Shown here piece by piece: positions 1-13,641 of a stretch of 64,000 nt of DNA. The position numbers and the translations under genes are program-made. Positions within the stretch are counted from its first letter, which is position 1. The number at the start of each line of letters is the position of its first letter. The notes beneath the pieces were generated by a model that saw only the letters and a list, made by a program, of their open reading frames with translations, had not been told where the DNA came from and ran no database searches. Source of the stretch: Epiperipatus broadwayi (Eukaryota; Animalia; Onychophora). Location of the stretch: positions 13,764,001-13,828,000 of the forward strand of contig JAQFVV010000006.1 in the NCBI GenBank assembly GCA_028023455.1, in the 5' to 3' direction.

Positions 1-1159
1 CATCATTTACCTCTCTGTTAAATTATCAAACTATCAGCCTAAAGTGAAATTATATAAATGTTTTCAATCTAAGTCAACTTGATTGAATAGTCATATAGAT
101 CTTAAACCAGTTCGATTTCCATTTATTACATAAGCTGGAGTCGTGATTTGGTCATGTGGTATTTCATTAGCTTATTTATTTGTTTATGCACACTTAGGTT
201 CTATATTTAGCCTCATTACTTCTGCATTAAATATATTAAAAATGAAAACTTTCTAGAAAAGTGTTGTTATTTAGAAAGTCTACTGGAATCTGCCATTATC
301 AATATTATAAAAAGGACAATTATTGCCCTCTCTGGGATCATTCCATCCTGGTCCAACACACATAAACAGCAGTCTGAAATGACATTAATGACCACAACTC
401 CGCAAAACAGACCAATTTCCAACAAGACCAGAGATAAGGAGGCACTCCTGATTACTTATTTTTCTTACAACTCTCACAGATGACACCAACGTTTAACATT
501 TGCACATATTTACTTATTAGCTTGCACCCATGATGAGCGTGTTGTTATTTTTTTTCTTGGGAATCAATTTCTACGTTAATTGTGCAAAAAAAAATAAACA
601 TAAACACTCAAGTCAGTTTCTATAATATTGTTTAGTCTTATATGGGTTAGCGCAGTGGTAGATTGCCAGATTTGAGCTAAAAATAGATTGTTTCCTAAGT
701 GTGTAAAATCTCATTTCTTTCAACTGGATGGAACTATTATACTCAACTTGTCACTTGGGTGCCCTAATATCATATGACCTCTCCCCTCCCAAATCAATGG
801 ACCATACGACCAGGGCCATATTTATGCATAGATATTTTAGTTATCAAATCTAGGGCTCTCAGATATATCTAAGGGCCTCCCAAAAATTAAAATATGTCAA
901 AATGTTTTTAAGATTATGTAAATTTTTCTCTAGTTAAATGCTTCACAACTTAATAGCGTCTTGGACTCTGAAAAGTGTAAATACAGTTCTCAAAGAATCA
1001 TTTTTTATATCAGAGCTTACAGCAATATTCTATGTTTTAAGTTAAAAATACAGTTTTACATCACTGTAAAATTAATGTTAAAAAAAAATATTTTCCTAAA
1101 ATTATATTTTTCAAAAAAAAAAAAAATTCTAATTTTATGAACTGATAAAATTATAATAC

Positions 1160-1262
1160 CTTATATCCAAGTGTTTTCGTTTGACACCATTTGAGCAAAG
1201 CATTCCTTTTGGAACCACCACCTTTGACCAGAGCATTTAGAGGATCTTTTTTGTCCACGTCA
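1160..1262 (-). CDS. SPECC1L: Cytospin-A exon encoding the start of the calponin-homology domain
   Basis: Reads ttttgcAG|T GAC GTG ... TAT AAG|GTatta and encodes [34 protein letters not shown], the cytospin CH-domain entry ([13 protein letters not shown]). The phase matches the upstream donor (AG|T = Ser). The remaining CH exons were not found in 1-1159 and probably lie left of the window. Confidence 0.9.
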
Positions 1263-1419
1263 CTGCAAAAGACATAACTACTTCTATTATTGTTTATATT
1301 GTTAATAAAAGAATCATTTAAATTGTTATTTGCAAAAATTATCATATATTATAACACAGCAAATATACAATGACTTTTTCTTTTAAAATATATATGTTCT
1401 ACAATAAGTGATATAATAG

Positions 1420-1635
1420 ACAGGGTATGAGCACAGACTTTCACATGACCCACTCTCCACACCATCTCATAACACTGATACACCTGAACACACATATGTC
1501 GAAAATAATCACCAATATACGTATTTCATGCTAAACCAGCAATCATCAGTTGGTCCAGATTACCATCTCTACACATATATGCTACAAGTGCTCAGATATA
1601 TATTAAGATAGCAAATCCTCCTACTTTAATGACTG
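1420..1635 (-). repeat. Family C hammerhead repeat, partial copy (ribozyme 1511-1555)
   Basis: Minus strand reads accaa CTGATGA ttgctggtttagcat GAAA TACGTATA ttggt. Homologous to the copies at 25710, 37855 and 61645. Confidence 0.85.
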
Positions 1636-4600
1636 AAGTTTCATAAGGCGTTCACAAACTTTTAAAGATGTAATAGATAGTAAATAGTAATATCTATTCA
1701 CCCAAGGTCATGTGATAAAATATAAACAAAGCAGAAACTTGTAATGCCATGGTTTTTGTATAATTATGTCTTTAAAAAAAAGTATACAACTTCCAATAAT
1801 GAATATTTGAACAATTTCCTCCAACTTTTTTTTAGGTTCATATTTTTTAGAATCCATTACTAAGAGTTTAGTCAATACAAGAGTTTTATTGAAACCATGT
1901 GACTACCTTCCACTGTAATCCAAAATCTATTGTCCCACCATTTAATTCTTTCAGTTTACTGTAATATTAATTACAAAAGTAGTTAATCTCATGCCATCTA
2001 TTGTAAGCTTAAGTAATCAGTGGTTACCAAATGGTAGTGCAATTTAATCTTCAGATTAGTTTCTGGATTTTGCTTTTATCACAACTTGGAGAGCAAAGCT
2101 GAAATCAATGCAGTTAGACATCAGGCAGCCATCTTTAACTACTTTTTTTTTTATTATCTAGCTAAAATTTTGAATCCAAGTCAAATTGTTTGCATAGTTA
2201 TAGAGATATGATATCAGGAAAGCAATCATGTATATTTTTAATAATCTCAGACCAGCAAGCTTACAAGAAATGGCATTAAAGTTGAGACAAACAAGTTGAA
2301 GCAAGTTATGTTGTTTCTATTGACATTGTAACCAGAAAAAAGGATATCTATGGTTAGAATAGAAATGAGGTTACTAAAATAGAGTTACTGACGTGGTACT
2401 TGATCTACATAACTATGCAAACATGTTGACATAAATTCAAACTTTATGGTTTTTTGATTTTCAAATTAATAGCATAATTGCAGTGATTACTTTAAATTCG
2501 AAGTCTTTATCGACAAAGACAAAACCAAAAAGCAATTTAGGTTTGGGATAAAATTGAACTATTTTATGATAAAGACTAAATTATTCAAGCTTACAATAGA
2601 TGGCACTAGAGTAGAGAAAGGAGAACTGTTATTGTTTATAATTTGATCTCTCATATAAACAATACAACTTTCTATGTAAATATCATGTTCCAATAATTTG
2701 TATTTAAAAAACTTGACTTTCGATAAACCTTGATAAAGTATTTCTATTGCAGTATTTTTTTTTAATTCAAAAATGTGCGCAATGTAAATAAAAGATGCAT
2801 TCTCAATTTTCATCTTCCTGGTCTCTTTTGAATTCATTCTAAAAGTATATATATGTGGTTATGAATACATGTTGCAAAATTAGATGACACTAGAAATTAT
2901 TCTCGATTTCTCAAGAATGCTCAGTTAATAAGTTTTTCTCGATTATTAAGAATTTCAAAATCAGTTACTCGAAAACTTTGGGAAAGAAAAAATTGTACAA
3001 TGAAAAATTATAAATGGATTAAATCATTTTGAGAAAAATTATCACAATTTTAATAATTTTTGATCGCATTTTTTAAATTTATTGCTGCATAAATTCTATA
3101 TCTTGTATGGGTCAGAGGGTATTCATTTATTATTTAACACTCGCAAAAAGCGTTTGCACAATTTGGTTTGAAAAAAAGCCGATATGAATGTAATAAATTT
3201 TTATAAAATGAAATATTCTTTTTGTCACTTTTTGGGATATAAAAATATTTTTGGAAAAAAAATTTGAACCAATGTTTATCCATTCCATATGCGAAAGTTG
3301 TTTCAAAACAATAGTGCAAATTCTGAAGATTTGATGAATGCTACGATTAGTTTAAAACAACCATTGTAAGAATCCATATACCTAGCTTAAAAGAACCTAT
3401 AATTAATAATTTTACATTATTTGCGATTGGGAAAATGATAGAAAATTCAAAAAATTTAAAATTAGTTTTGATGGCAGTTAAGCTTACATAACAAAACGAA
3501 AGGAATTTTTCAATTTCAGGCCATAATGTATCCAAAAAAAAACAATTAAAAGAGTCTTCAACTGAGGTTTTTCAAAACATTTTTGAAACAAAAGTAATAA
3601 ATAATATTATTTTTATTTAAACAATGTTACCAATAAATAAATATAGTTCTATAGGTATTATGAATTGCCTTTCATACTTTCATTTCTGCTGAACGGCCTT
3701 TTTGATCAAAATATATTTTTAATGATATAGGAAGAGAAGTTGTTAAAGAATTTTTATTTATAGTCAATTAAGATAGTAATTTTTGAAATTAATAATGCAT
3801 TTTTGAGAATATAAAATTCTTCATTTTTCAATAAGTTCAGACTAAGAAATGCATATTTCCAGCTGGCATTTTGCAACAAATGGCGTATCGGACCAAATGA
3901 TATATCTTATATAAATACTAAAGACCAGAAATTTGACATCTGTTTATTCCTAACAATCCTTTATCTACTATCCCAAGCTTCAAGAATCCTCTTCATTTGC
4001 CTCATATTTTTGATTTTTAATTTCACTGCAATTTCTCGTGCAGCCTAAAAAAAAAATCGATCATATCTTTTTATAGTAGCTCTTTCCCCTCATAAATATA
4101 TCCAATAATTCAACATTGAAATGCCCATAGTTACTGATGGCTACAATACTTTAATTCATATTTTACAAATTTCAGTTTTTTAATATAATAAATTATATAC
4201 ATTAGCTTTATTAATAAATAATGAAGTAAGCAATTATATTAAAATATTAAAGAAAAACGGGTGTAACATATCCCCAACTTACACAGTCAAATCTTTGACT
4301 TTTTACATAATCAATAAAGAGAGAAAAAAATTACAAAATACTCAAGTGATGAATTATGGTATATCTTCTGTGAATAACATTCTGCAATCCATAACCCAAG
4401 AAAGGTTTCTTTTTTCGTAGTCAACATCCAAAAAGTAATGATTCTTTTCTGCTGATGGCCTCTCTCTAGCCTCTTTGCCATTTCAACAGTTTCATTGTTA
4501 ATAAAGTTACTTTTCCTTCTTCTTCATACCATTACATTGAATCATTATTCAATTCTGAATGCTAAGACATATTTTGAATATTTTATGCATTGTCCGTGTG

Positions 4601-5039
4601 TATATATATATATATTAACAATTTTAATAAATACATGAATTATGGCTTGAATTCACAAGTCAGATCTCCCAAAACAGCATTTATATGAACTTGCTAATAA
4701 AGTCCCTTTCTTATATCAAGGCCAATCTTGAATGAGTCTTAACAGGCTAGGATTATGAGAAATACATTTTCTCGAAAGCGCTCAGCCATTTTAATTGATT
4801 GATTGCTATTAATTATACAGCTTTACGTTATAAGTGTGATAGCATTATTTAATGTTATCATTATTTCTATATAACAAACTGGAGTTCATATAAAAGTAAT
4901 CATTTTTATCTCATAAATAAATTGTCATTGACATAAGAGGTATCATTTGTAAGTTCATTTAAATGATTCTTTGGCATCTGGCTTTTGAATTATCATAGTA
5001 ATATTTTTGGATTTCACTGTTCCATGAGTAAGTATATAT

Positions 5040-6960
5040 ATATAAATTAGATATTTTTTATAGCTACATTTCTACATCACAAAGATACAACATCATCACA
5101 ATCATTTTTCAGCCATTGTCAATCCATTGCAAGATGAAAGATTTGCCAAATTTAATCCAGAATCTATAGCTCGTCTTCTCCACATCTCACCAGCAAAACT
5201 TTATTGCATATGTCCATTTCATGTGTGGTTTCTTTCTAGGACTTCTACAATTTCTGGGATCCAGTTTAAGACTTCAACTGTCCATTCATCTCTTCTAGCA
5301 ATATGTCCAGCCCAACTTCATTTGTCTCTTTATTTCTTTCAATGATACTTGGAGATTCTCTCGTCCATGTATTTTGTTTTTGATTCCTTCTTGTTACTTC
5401 TAACATACATCTCTTCATACTTCATTGAATGATCTGAAATCTGCGTATTGATCATTATTAAAGGTCCATGTCTCAAATTCATAAGTAAGATTTTTTAAAA
5501 ATCCTTTTCAAATACATAGGCATATTCTCTTTCAATATTAAGTTATTTCTACCAAAAATAGTCCAAGTTTAATTCTATAATTTATTTCATCCATTATATT
5601 TCCATTCCTATTAATTATCTGACCAAATTATGTGCAGTTGCTCACTTCTTCTAATTCATCATTATCAATAGTTATTTTCATCTTCTGAGAATATCCATTG
5701 AACATTACTTTAGTCTTTTTAGTATTTATCTTTAATCCTACTTTCACCTGATAACTTTTACAACATTTCCTGAAGCTCAGAAACAATATTTGCAGATGAC
5801 TTAAATAATCTTCATTTAAACATCACATGATCACCATCTCTTATACTAGCACATAATTGTTATTAAACAAGGCAAAACTCTCTCCATACAGTAGTGTCAC
5901 CCTGTGCCAACCAGAGTAATCAATAGATGCCAGAATAAAATACATATCTAGTGCCTACTCATCCAATATCTCCAGACTAGTTTCTGGCTTGTAGCATTCG
6001 TCAGTGAGGAGCCTTGGATAAAAGATGGTTGCTGGAGGGTTGCATTAGATCCTAAGATCTAGGTGCAATGCTCTCAGATCCAAGGCTCCTCACTGACGAA
6101 GGCCACAAGCCAGAAACTAGTCTGGGGATATTGGATGAGTAGGCATTAGATAGGAATTTTATGCACAAGCCTTCTGGCATCCATTGATTACTCTGGTTGG
6201 CACAGGGTGGCACTACTGTATGGAGAGTTTTGCCTTGTAATCATTTACTTTTACTCCATAACTTTCCATTTTAATCCATAAAACACTTCTTGTAAAACTG
6301 CTATAAAAAGTTTTGGAGATATGGAATCAACCTACGGTACACGTTTCTCAGTGTTAATCTTAGTACAACTAAATATTCTTCAGAATACAACAATGTCCTG
6401 GGTATAAATCTTGATGATCCAATGCTATAATCACTATAGTACCTATGGAATAAAATGTTTTTCATAATCTGCAAATCCGAAGTAGAAATGGCATTTCATA
6501 TTCACTGATTCTTTCTATAACTTTTCTCAATATTTGGATGAGATCTACGGTAGAAAAACCATTTTTAAATCCCACTTCTTCTTTTGATTGCTTAAAATCC
6601 AAAATTTTATGTAGACGAGTTGTAATCATCATCATTTAGACATTTTAACAACAATTTTTCTATTTCTTTAATTTCTTCTTTTAAGATATTGATTACAATT
6701 CCTTCATTTCATGTAGCTTTTCCCTTCTTCATAGAGTTAATTACATATTTCATTTCTTTCTTTAAAATGATGAATAATTTAGAAGATATAGTAAATTGTA
6801 AGGGATACTTTGTTTTGTTTTGTTTTTTTTTTGGTTATTACTATATAAATTTTTGTAAGATGTCATTTTTTTAATAATATTTCCATCTTTCAATGATATA
6901 CCGCAATGGAAAGTATTCATAGTTTTCCTTTAAAATTGTTCAATAATTTTCTACATATAA
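5040..6960 (-). mobile_element. Decayed RTE-clade LINE fragment, interrupted by a family A palindrome
   Basis: Minus-strand remnants include SWAGHIARRDEWTVEVLNWIP, LTYEFETWT and VKVNEDYLSHL (cf. INGEYLSHLRFADD). Many stops. Confidence 0.8.
5819..6240. repeat. Family A hammerhead fold-back insertion (ribozymes 5961-6019 minus, 6078-6136 plus)
   Basis: Inverted arms of about 150 bp and a TSD of TCATTTA (5812-5818 / 6241-6247). The plus core reads tcctca CTGACGA aggc cacaa gcc a GAAAC TA GTC tgggga. Confidence 0.9.
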
Positions 6961-7021
6961 TATACACACATAAACGTCACATGACTACCACTTCCTATGT
7001 TTGTATATAACTGTTTTAAAA

Positions 7022-7190
7022 CAGATCCAAGGCTCCTCACTGACGAAGGCCACAAGCCAAAAACTAGTCTGGGGATATTGGATGAGTAGGCACTAGATAG
7101 GGATTTTATGCACAAGCCTTCTAGCATCCATTGATTACTCTAGCTTGCTGTGTGTGGCGATACGTATAGTGAATTTTGCCTGTTTTAATA
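7022..7190 (+). repeat. Family A fragment with mutated hammerhead (GAAA to AAAA)
   Basis: Near-identical to 6075-6240. Confidence 0.8.
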
Positions 7191-7414
7191 TACACACATA
7201 AGACAAAGGCAATTATTTCAAAATTCATGGAATTTGAAAACTATTATTCAAAAATTTTTAAGTCAGCCATCATATCTTGACAAAAATAGACCTAAAGATT
7301 AAAATTTCTGTTGCATATTCAATTACGAAAAAGTGTTAAAAAAAATCCGATCAAATCAAAGTGCGTTTATCCGTCTGCTATAAAATAAATAAATAATCAA
7401 ATGACTTTATTACT

Positions 7415-7510
7415 CAGGAGTTCATCAAAAGTTTGAGCGCACATAGTGCCAGAACTAGAATTGACATGAGAACCTTATAATCCAAAGTCTGACACTGCCC
7501 TAAACCATGC
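7415..7510 (-). mobile_element. tRNA-derived SINE, decayed (also about 25017-25100, 29930-30020, 49615-49705)
   Basis: Four similar copies share gagttcataagaagtttgaatgcca. The minus strand has A-box-like and B-box-like motifs (e.g. GGATCGATTCC at about 29975). Confidence 0.5.
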
Positions 7511-8692
7511 AGGAAAACCACAAGTTATGTATTCAAAATATGCTTAATTATTGACCTTTGAACCAATAACCAAACAGCAAAGTAATTTTTCTATTTAACA
7601 TCACAATATACCAAACGTGTGCAAACGGCAACTTACTTAGAAAAATTCAGTTGAATTGTTAACAACAAAAAAAATGGTCCATTTACCCGTTACTGATTAT
7701 CAACTACATGCAAAATATAAAAGCAAAAAATTTTCGATGCTAAATGTTTATCCTCAAAAAAAAAAAAAAAAAGACAATGTAAAAATAACGATGATAAGTC
7801 GTCCGATGTATGAACACTTTTACATCAGCAGACATAATGTAGCAATCCTATATGCAGTCTATGTTTTACATAGGGAAACTCATTTACAAAAACATGAATT
7901 ATTAGTCAGATATCAGTTTATTCATTATTGAATATATTTAATATAAATGGAAAAATGATGGTAAATCATTTAATATCTGATCGCGTTTATACCAACATGC
8001 TAAAAGATGGCAGTTTGTGAACTAGCATATAAATAAGTTGAAAGTTTTATTATCCGGTTTTCTGCCACATGTGAAATGCAAAATTATGCTTATATTTGTG
8101 CAATTCAATGACAGCTCATGATTAAAATTTGTGGGGGTGCTGGTTCAGAAAATTTTTAACCATAGTTTTAATATTGCGTAAAACGAAACATTTAAAAAGA
8201 AAATTTATATGTAAACTTGCTAAAATCCTAAACAATTATTAAACCTGCTGTGATTAAAACTTTATCTCAGAAACAAATCTGTAAATAAACACCGAATTAA
8301 ACACATTCACAATTTTCCAAAAAGAAAAATAAATTATTTTTTTACCTCAGCACTACATAATATTGTAATTGCTTCCTTTGCTAATTTAACATTTTAAACT
8401 ATGCTGTCATGTCATGCAAAAATACTGCCACAAAGAAATGGATACTTTCATTTCTATTTTGTAGGACATCAAAAAGTTCAGTCCGTACCAGTGAATATAA
8501 GGTAAATATGTGTTTGATTTTTTCTTTTAAATAAAATTTTAAATTGCCATTTGTTTGAAGATTCTGTGCAGGTGTTATTTTACGAGATCACAAACTTAAA
8601 ATAATTATCACCATATGAATACAGCTGTAAAATTTACGTTTTTAAAAATGAAATCCATTCTTCTTGTTTTAGTTTGCAGCTAAAGGATTATA

Positions 8693-10883
8693 CAGGCATT
8701 CCCCTAGTTATGAACACTCAAGTTATGAAAATTTCGCTATTATGTAATCGCTTTTGGACTTTACATCTTTATCTTTGCATATACTTTTATGTATAATTAG
8801 TGCTATATACTGTAGAAAGAAACGGGTATTCAAAATTGTACTGTATTTTAGTACTTTAACAATTATAAAATTCCTTTTAGTAATTAATGCTACAAATTTA
8901 CAGTATCTGATAAAAAAAAAAAAACTATTTACATAAATTCGTAATTGAATTTTTTCTAAAGAAAGATAATATTGGAATTTACAGAATAATTAAAAGTATA
9001 TTTTAGAGAACAATAAGAACTTATATAAAATGCAGTAAACAATTCCATCTCTCTGATATTAATTACTTTTATTTTTAGCATCACCATAGTGTCTTGACCA
9101 AGATCATCTTGATTAGCACTTGTTTTTAAAAGTAGTTTGTGCACGATTACGTTACATATACACTGTATATATTTCTGTTTTGGTAATTTTTTTCTTTCTT
9201 ATTAATTAAAAACATGAATGAGAAACAAAAAAATAGCAGTGTTGATACAACCAAAAAGAAATCAAGGTCTAATAAACCCCAAATGGTCCAAACAAAAATG
9301 GATATAATTAGACGTTCTGAAAATGGTGAATCTTTTGCTTCAATCGCACATTCATGTAATTTAAACTGATCGATAATATATACAATTGTGAAAAACAAGA
9401 ACAAAATTAAGGAATATGTTAAAAATTGTGAAAATATTTCTGCAAAGATTGTCTCAAAAAGACATGGCAGAGTAATGGATGAAATGGAGAAATCTTTGGC
9501 TTTATGGATTGAAGATCAACATCAAAAAGGCATTCCATTGAGTTTATCAATTATTCAAGCTAAGGTTCTTAGTTTGCATGAAGATTGGAAGAATTAAAAG
9601 AAGAAATGAGATATTCTTTACATAATATTAAATGTACTGGGGAAGATGTCAGTACAGATAAGAAAGCTGCCAGTGAATAAGTTTTCTAAAAACATTACCA
9701 TGCTTCTTGGAGGTAATTTAAGTGATGATTTTAAATTGAAGCCAATTGCTAATTTATCAGACAGAAAATCCTAGAGTATTGAAAAGATAAAAGAATGTCT
9801 CCATACATTTGGAAATCAAATACTAAAGCCTAGGATACTGCACAGCTTTTTCAACATTGGTTCTCATATCATTTTGTGCCTTCTGTTAGGCAATATTGTA
9901 GTGAGAATAATTTACCATTTAAAATACCACTGCTCTTAGACAATTCTCCTGGACATCCAAAATCCCTGCAAAATTTATATCCAGAAGTTAATGTTGTGTT
10001 TATCCCTCGCAATACCACAAGTGAAATATAACCTATGGACTAAACTTTGATAGCTACTTTTAAGCGATATTATATGAGAAGATTAATGACTCAAGCAATC
10101 AAGGCAATTGACAAGGAAGATGAATCTACATTAAGAGATTTTTGGAAAAGTTATAATATATGGAATGCAATAAATATTATTGGGGATGCATGAGCTGAAA
10201 TAAGAGTCAACAATGAAATGTTGGAAAAAAATATATCTACAAATGATGAATGCTTCTATGGACATTGAAGAAACTCCTGAAGATATCACAACTGAAATAG
10301 TCAATATAATGAATGAATTAAATTTAGATGTCACTGGTGAAGATATTGATGAGTTAATGTAATCTCAGAACCTCTGTCAAATGAAAACTTGATTAAACTA
10401 CAAGAGATGAATGAAATACAAAATGAAGAAGAACCTAATAATGAACTTATTGTTAAGAATTTGACAATCAAGAATATGAATGCATCTTGATAAATTTTTG
10501 ACCATCATGGAAGAATGTGATCCCAAAGGAGAGCATATATTGTGTGTGTGAAGGGCAATAGAAACAGACACAGAATGTTACAAAATTCTTTATCAAGAGA
10601 AGAAAAAGAATACAACTCAATTAACTCTTGATAAATTTGTAAACGAAACTCCAGATACTAATCAATAAAAAATGAATACTATATTATATATTATACTATA
10701 TTATATTAATACAAACTTATTAAACTAGGTCATGTGACATCTGATGACTTTTTTTTGTAAAATAAACACTGTATTTTGAAATCTCTTTTTGATGTTTTTT
10801 TTTACATACCTCTACTTTCAAACAATTTCAACTTCCAAACACACATCAGGAACCAATTAAGTTCGCAAATAGGGAACTGTCTG
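8693..10883 (+). mobile_element. Tigger/pogo-like DNA transposon with decayed transposase
   Basis: TA-flanked TIRs CAGGCATTCCCCTAGTTATGAAC and CAGACAGTTCCCTATTTGCGAAC (reverse complement). HTH-psq and CENP-B HTH remnants (MEKSLALWIEDQ) and DDE remnants (LLLDNSPGHP, FIPRNTTSEI*PMD). Multiple stops. Confidence 0.85.
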
Positions 10884-12367
10884 TATAATATATAAGAATA
10901 AAAAAAGAATTAAAGAAAAAAAAGGAATCATATTGAATGTTATCAAAAATAAGGAGAAGGCCTGCACTGTGTGAGCAACAGTGCTGCCTCTATCTAGTGT
11001 GCAGTTTCTTATCTTGAACATTTGTATATTCCCACAACCAAACACTGCATCGCTGGAACTGTGAAGTGCATAGTTCTATACAAGGATTTTTATAGTTTTT
11101 TCATGAACTAGATGACAGCTACTGACATTAAACGTAAGGATTACATAATGTATAAGTATAAAGAAAGAATTGAAGAAAAAAAAAGACTCATTATGAATGT
11201 TATAGGGGGTGTTGCAGTTCCACAGTATTTATACATAAGTTGCTACTGGCTAAATTTTATTTTTCTTTAACTAACAATTTTTTAAAATTCAAGAATGATT
11301 TTTAAAAATCTTTGTTCTTTTGCTGTTTTAATTATTTAAGTGACTTTGTTCAGATGCTTAAAATTTCTTCATCTGAAAATGATTAGAATTGTGGATTTCA
11401 GAACCTTTACATCAGATAATTTTATATACGCAGATACTTTAATATGTTATAGTAATATAATTAGGAAGTAATCCAAGATTATTAAATTTAACTAATCTTT
11501 ATGTATATGCAACCCTCTTTAGGAAATTACAAAGCAATTTTAAAGCAAAGTAAACTGACATTCAATATCAGAAGGGGTCGTTAATGATTTTGTTTCTTTA
11601 TATATCAGTTAATTCTATGAGAATGCATGATGTGTAGTCTTTTCAGGAAAAAAATATACAACTCTTATCATTTCTCTTGATTATTGAATATTAATGTTAG
11701 ATAAGATAATAAATTAGTGTTTCGTTTGCCTACAATAATCTGGACAATAATGGTTCTTTCATATCTCAACTTGCCTTCAACTAACGTACTAGTCCAGATT
11801 CTATTATATCTTGATCGGATTGCGTATTCATCACCACGGACCAATATATATATGAATAGATAACATATATCGAATAGTATAAACAGGTCAATGAGTGATG
11901 ATGCTCAGTGAATCCAACTATTAAGTCAGTCCAGTTGGAGATAAGAGAGGCAACAACAAATTACTGCCGAACCCGAATGGCAGTATGCATGTTGTCCATG
12001 GTTAAAGCAGTGAGGCAAAGTCACATAACTGGAAACTGCTAGAACCTAAATCAGAATTTCTGGAAGGGTCACCGTACTTATTAATGAGGCAAGCTGTTAT
12101 GGTTTAGCTGGAAATGGTAGATAAACCTAGAAGGGCAACTGAAATCCCTTTCTTCTACAGTTGCATTGCAACTAAATGCTATACCAAGTCAATGGAATCA
12201 GGCGAAGGTATAACAATTGTATATATTGTAAATATGTATTTTATATTTGTTTTAATTAATAAATATTTAACCGTATATTTAAGAGTCTGTTCCTTATAAT
12301 TATGCAATAAACAACAGTTACATTCATTATATTGTAATCAGGAATTATGCATAGCATTGTGAAGAAT

Positions 12368-13142
12368 GAACAGAGAGTGTACCAATAGCTCAAACAAGCT
12401 CTTAATTGATAAGTGCAGTAAGAGAAAATATTTAAAATCTTTATCCGAAATACTCTTATCCCCGGACCAATTGGTTTCGAGCTTATGGCTCACCTCAGTG
12501 AGTAGCGAGAATATTCAGACACTAGATCTAAAATATCAACTCAAAATCCAGCACTTATTTTATACTTAATATTTAAGTAGAAACTCTGAAGTTTTCGGAC
12601 ATGAAAATGTTTTTATTCCAGCTATCTAACTTAAATAGCTATATGGGACTGAACTAAATTCAGATTTACCATATATTAATAGCCAAAGCCATAAAGGTAA
12701 AATTATAATTATCAATAAAGCAAGTCATATATAACGTGGCATTGCTTTTATAAGTTTGTATTTACAAAAATGAAATACAGAGAGTACCAATAGCTCAAAC
12801 AAGCTCTTAATTTAAGTTAGATAGCTGAAGTAAGACATTTTCATGTCCGAAAACTTCAGTTTCTACTTAAATATTCCCTATAAAATAAGTGCTGGGTTTT
12901 GAGTTGATATTTTACATCTAGAGTCTGAATATTCTCGCTCCTCACTGAGGTGAGCCATAAGCTCGAAACCAATTGATCTGGGGATAAGTGTATTTCGGAT
13001 AGAGATTTTAAATATTTTCTCTTACCGCACTTATCAATTAAGAGCTCGTTTAAGCTACTGGTACACTCTCTGTATTTCACTTTTGTAAAAACAAGCTTAT
13101 AAAAGCAATGTCACGTTATATATGACTTTCTTTATTGATAAT
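12368..13142. repeat. Family E hammerhead fold-back insertion (ribozymes 12459-12504 minus, 12939-12983 plus)
   Basis: Left arm is about 1.1 monomers (period 407 bp); right arm is inverted. The 13-bp TSD is CATTGTGAAGAAT. Core: CTGAGGT GAGC CATAA GCTC GAAA CCAATTG GTC. Confidence 0.85.
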
Positions 13143-13641
13143 CATTGTGAAGAATATAATTATTACGGGGGGAGGGGGTAATGACAGTCTAAAAAATCAG
13201 ATCAGAGAGCTTCAATGCAAAAGGATCTAGCAAAAGCAATTCAATTCCTAAAAACATGCTTTTACAATGAAATTTTCTTTCATAGCATTTTTTTATATAT
13301 ATGTTTTACTTCATATAGACTTGACATTATTTCTTTTTTTAATTTTGTTTTGTTTTATGGTTAGTAATATTCCGTGTTTATAATTTCATGTAATAAATAA
13401 CATAAAAAAAAAAACTCACAATGCCACGAAACTATATAGCTTTAAACCCAAATTTTAATAGGTGTATAATCAGATTAAATTATATTGACAGTTATTTTAA
13501 ATTAAATATACAGTATATATAAATTCTAGATTCAAATACAATTATTAAAATAATATACTACTTAATAAATTAATACTTCATTAATAAATATTCCTCCTCT
13601 TTTCCAAATCTCATTTTATTATATAAAGTATTTCCTTTTAT

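Noticed and set aside
2559-3900. Short ORFs and a possible DNA-transposon remnant
   Set aside because: No recognisable motifs or paired termini that I could verify.
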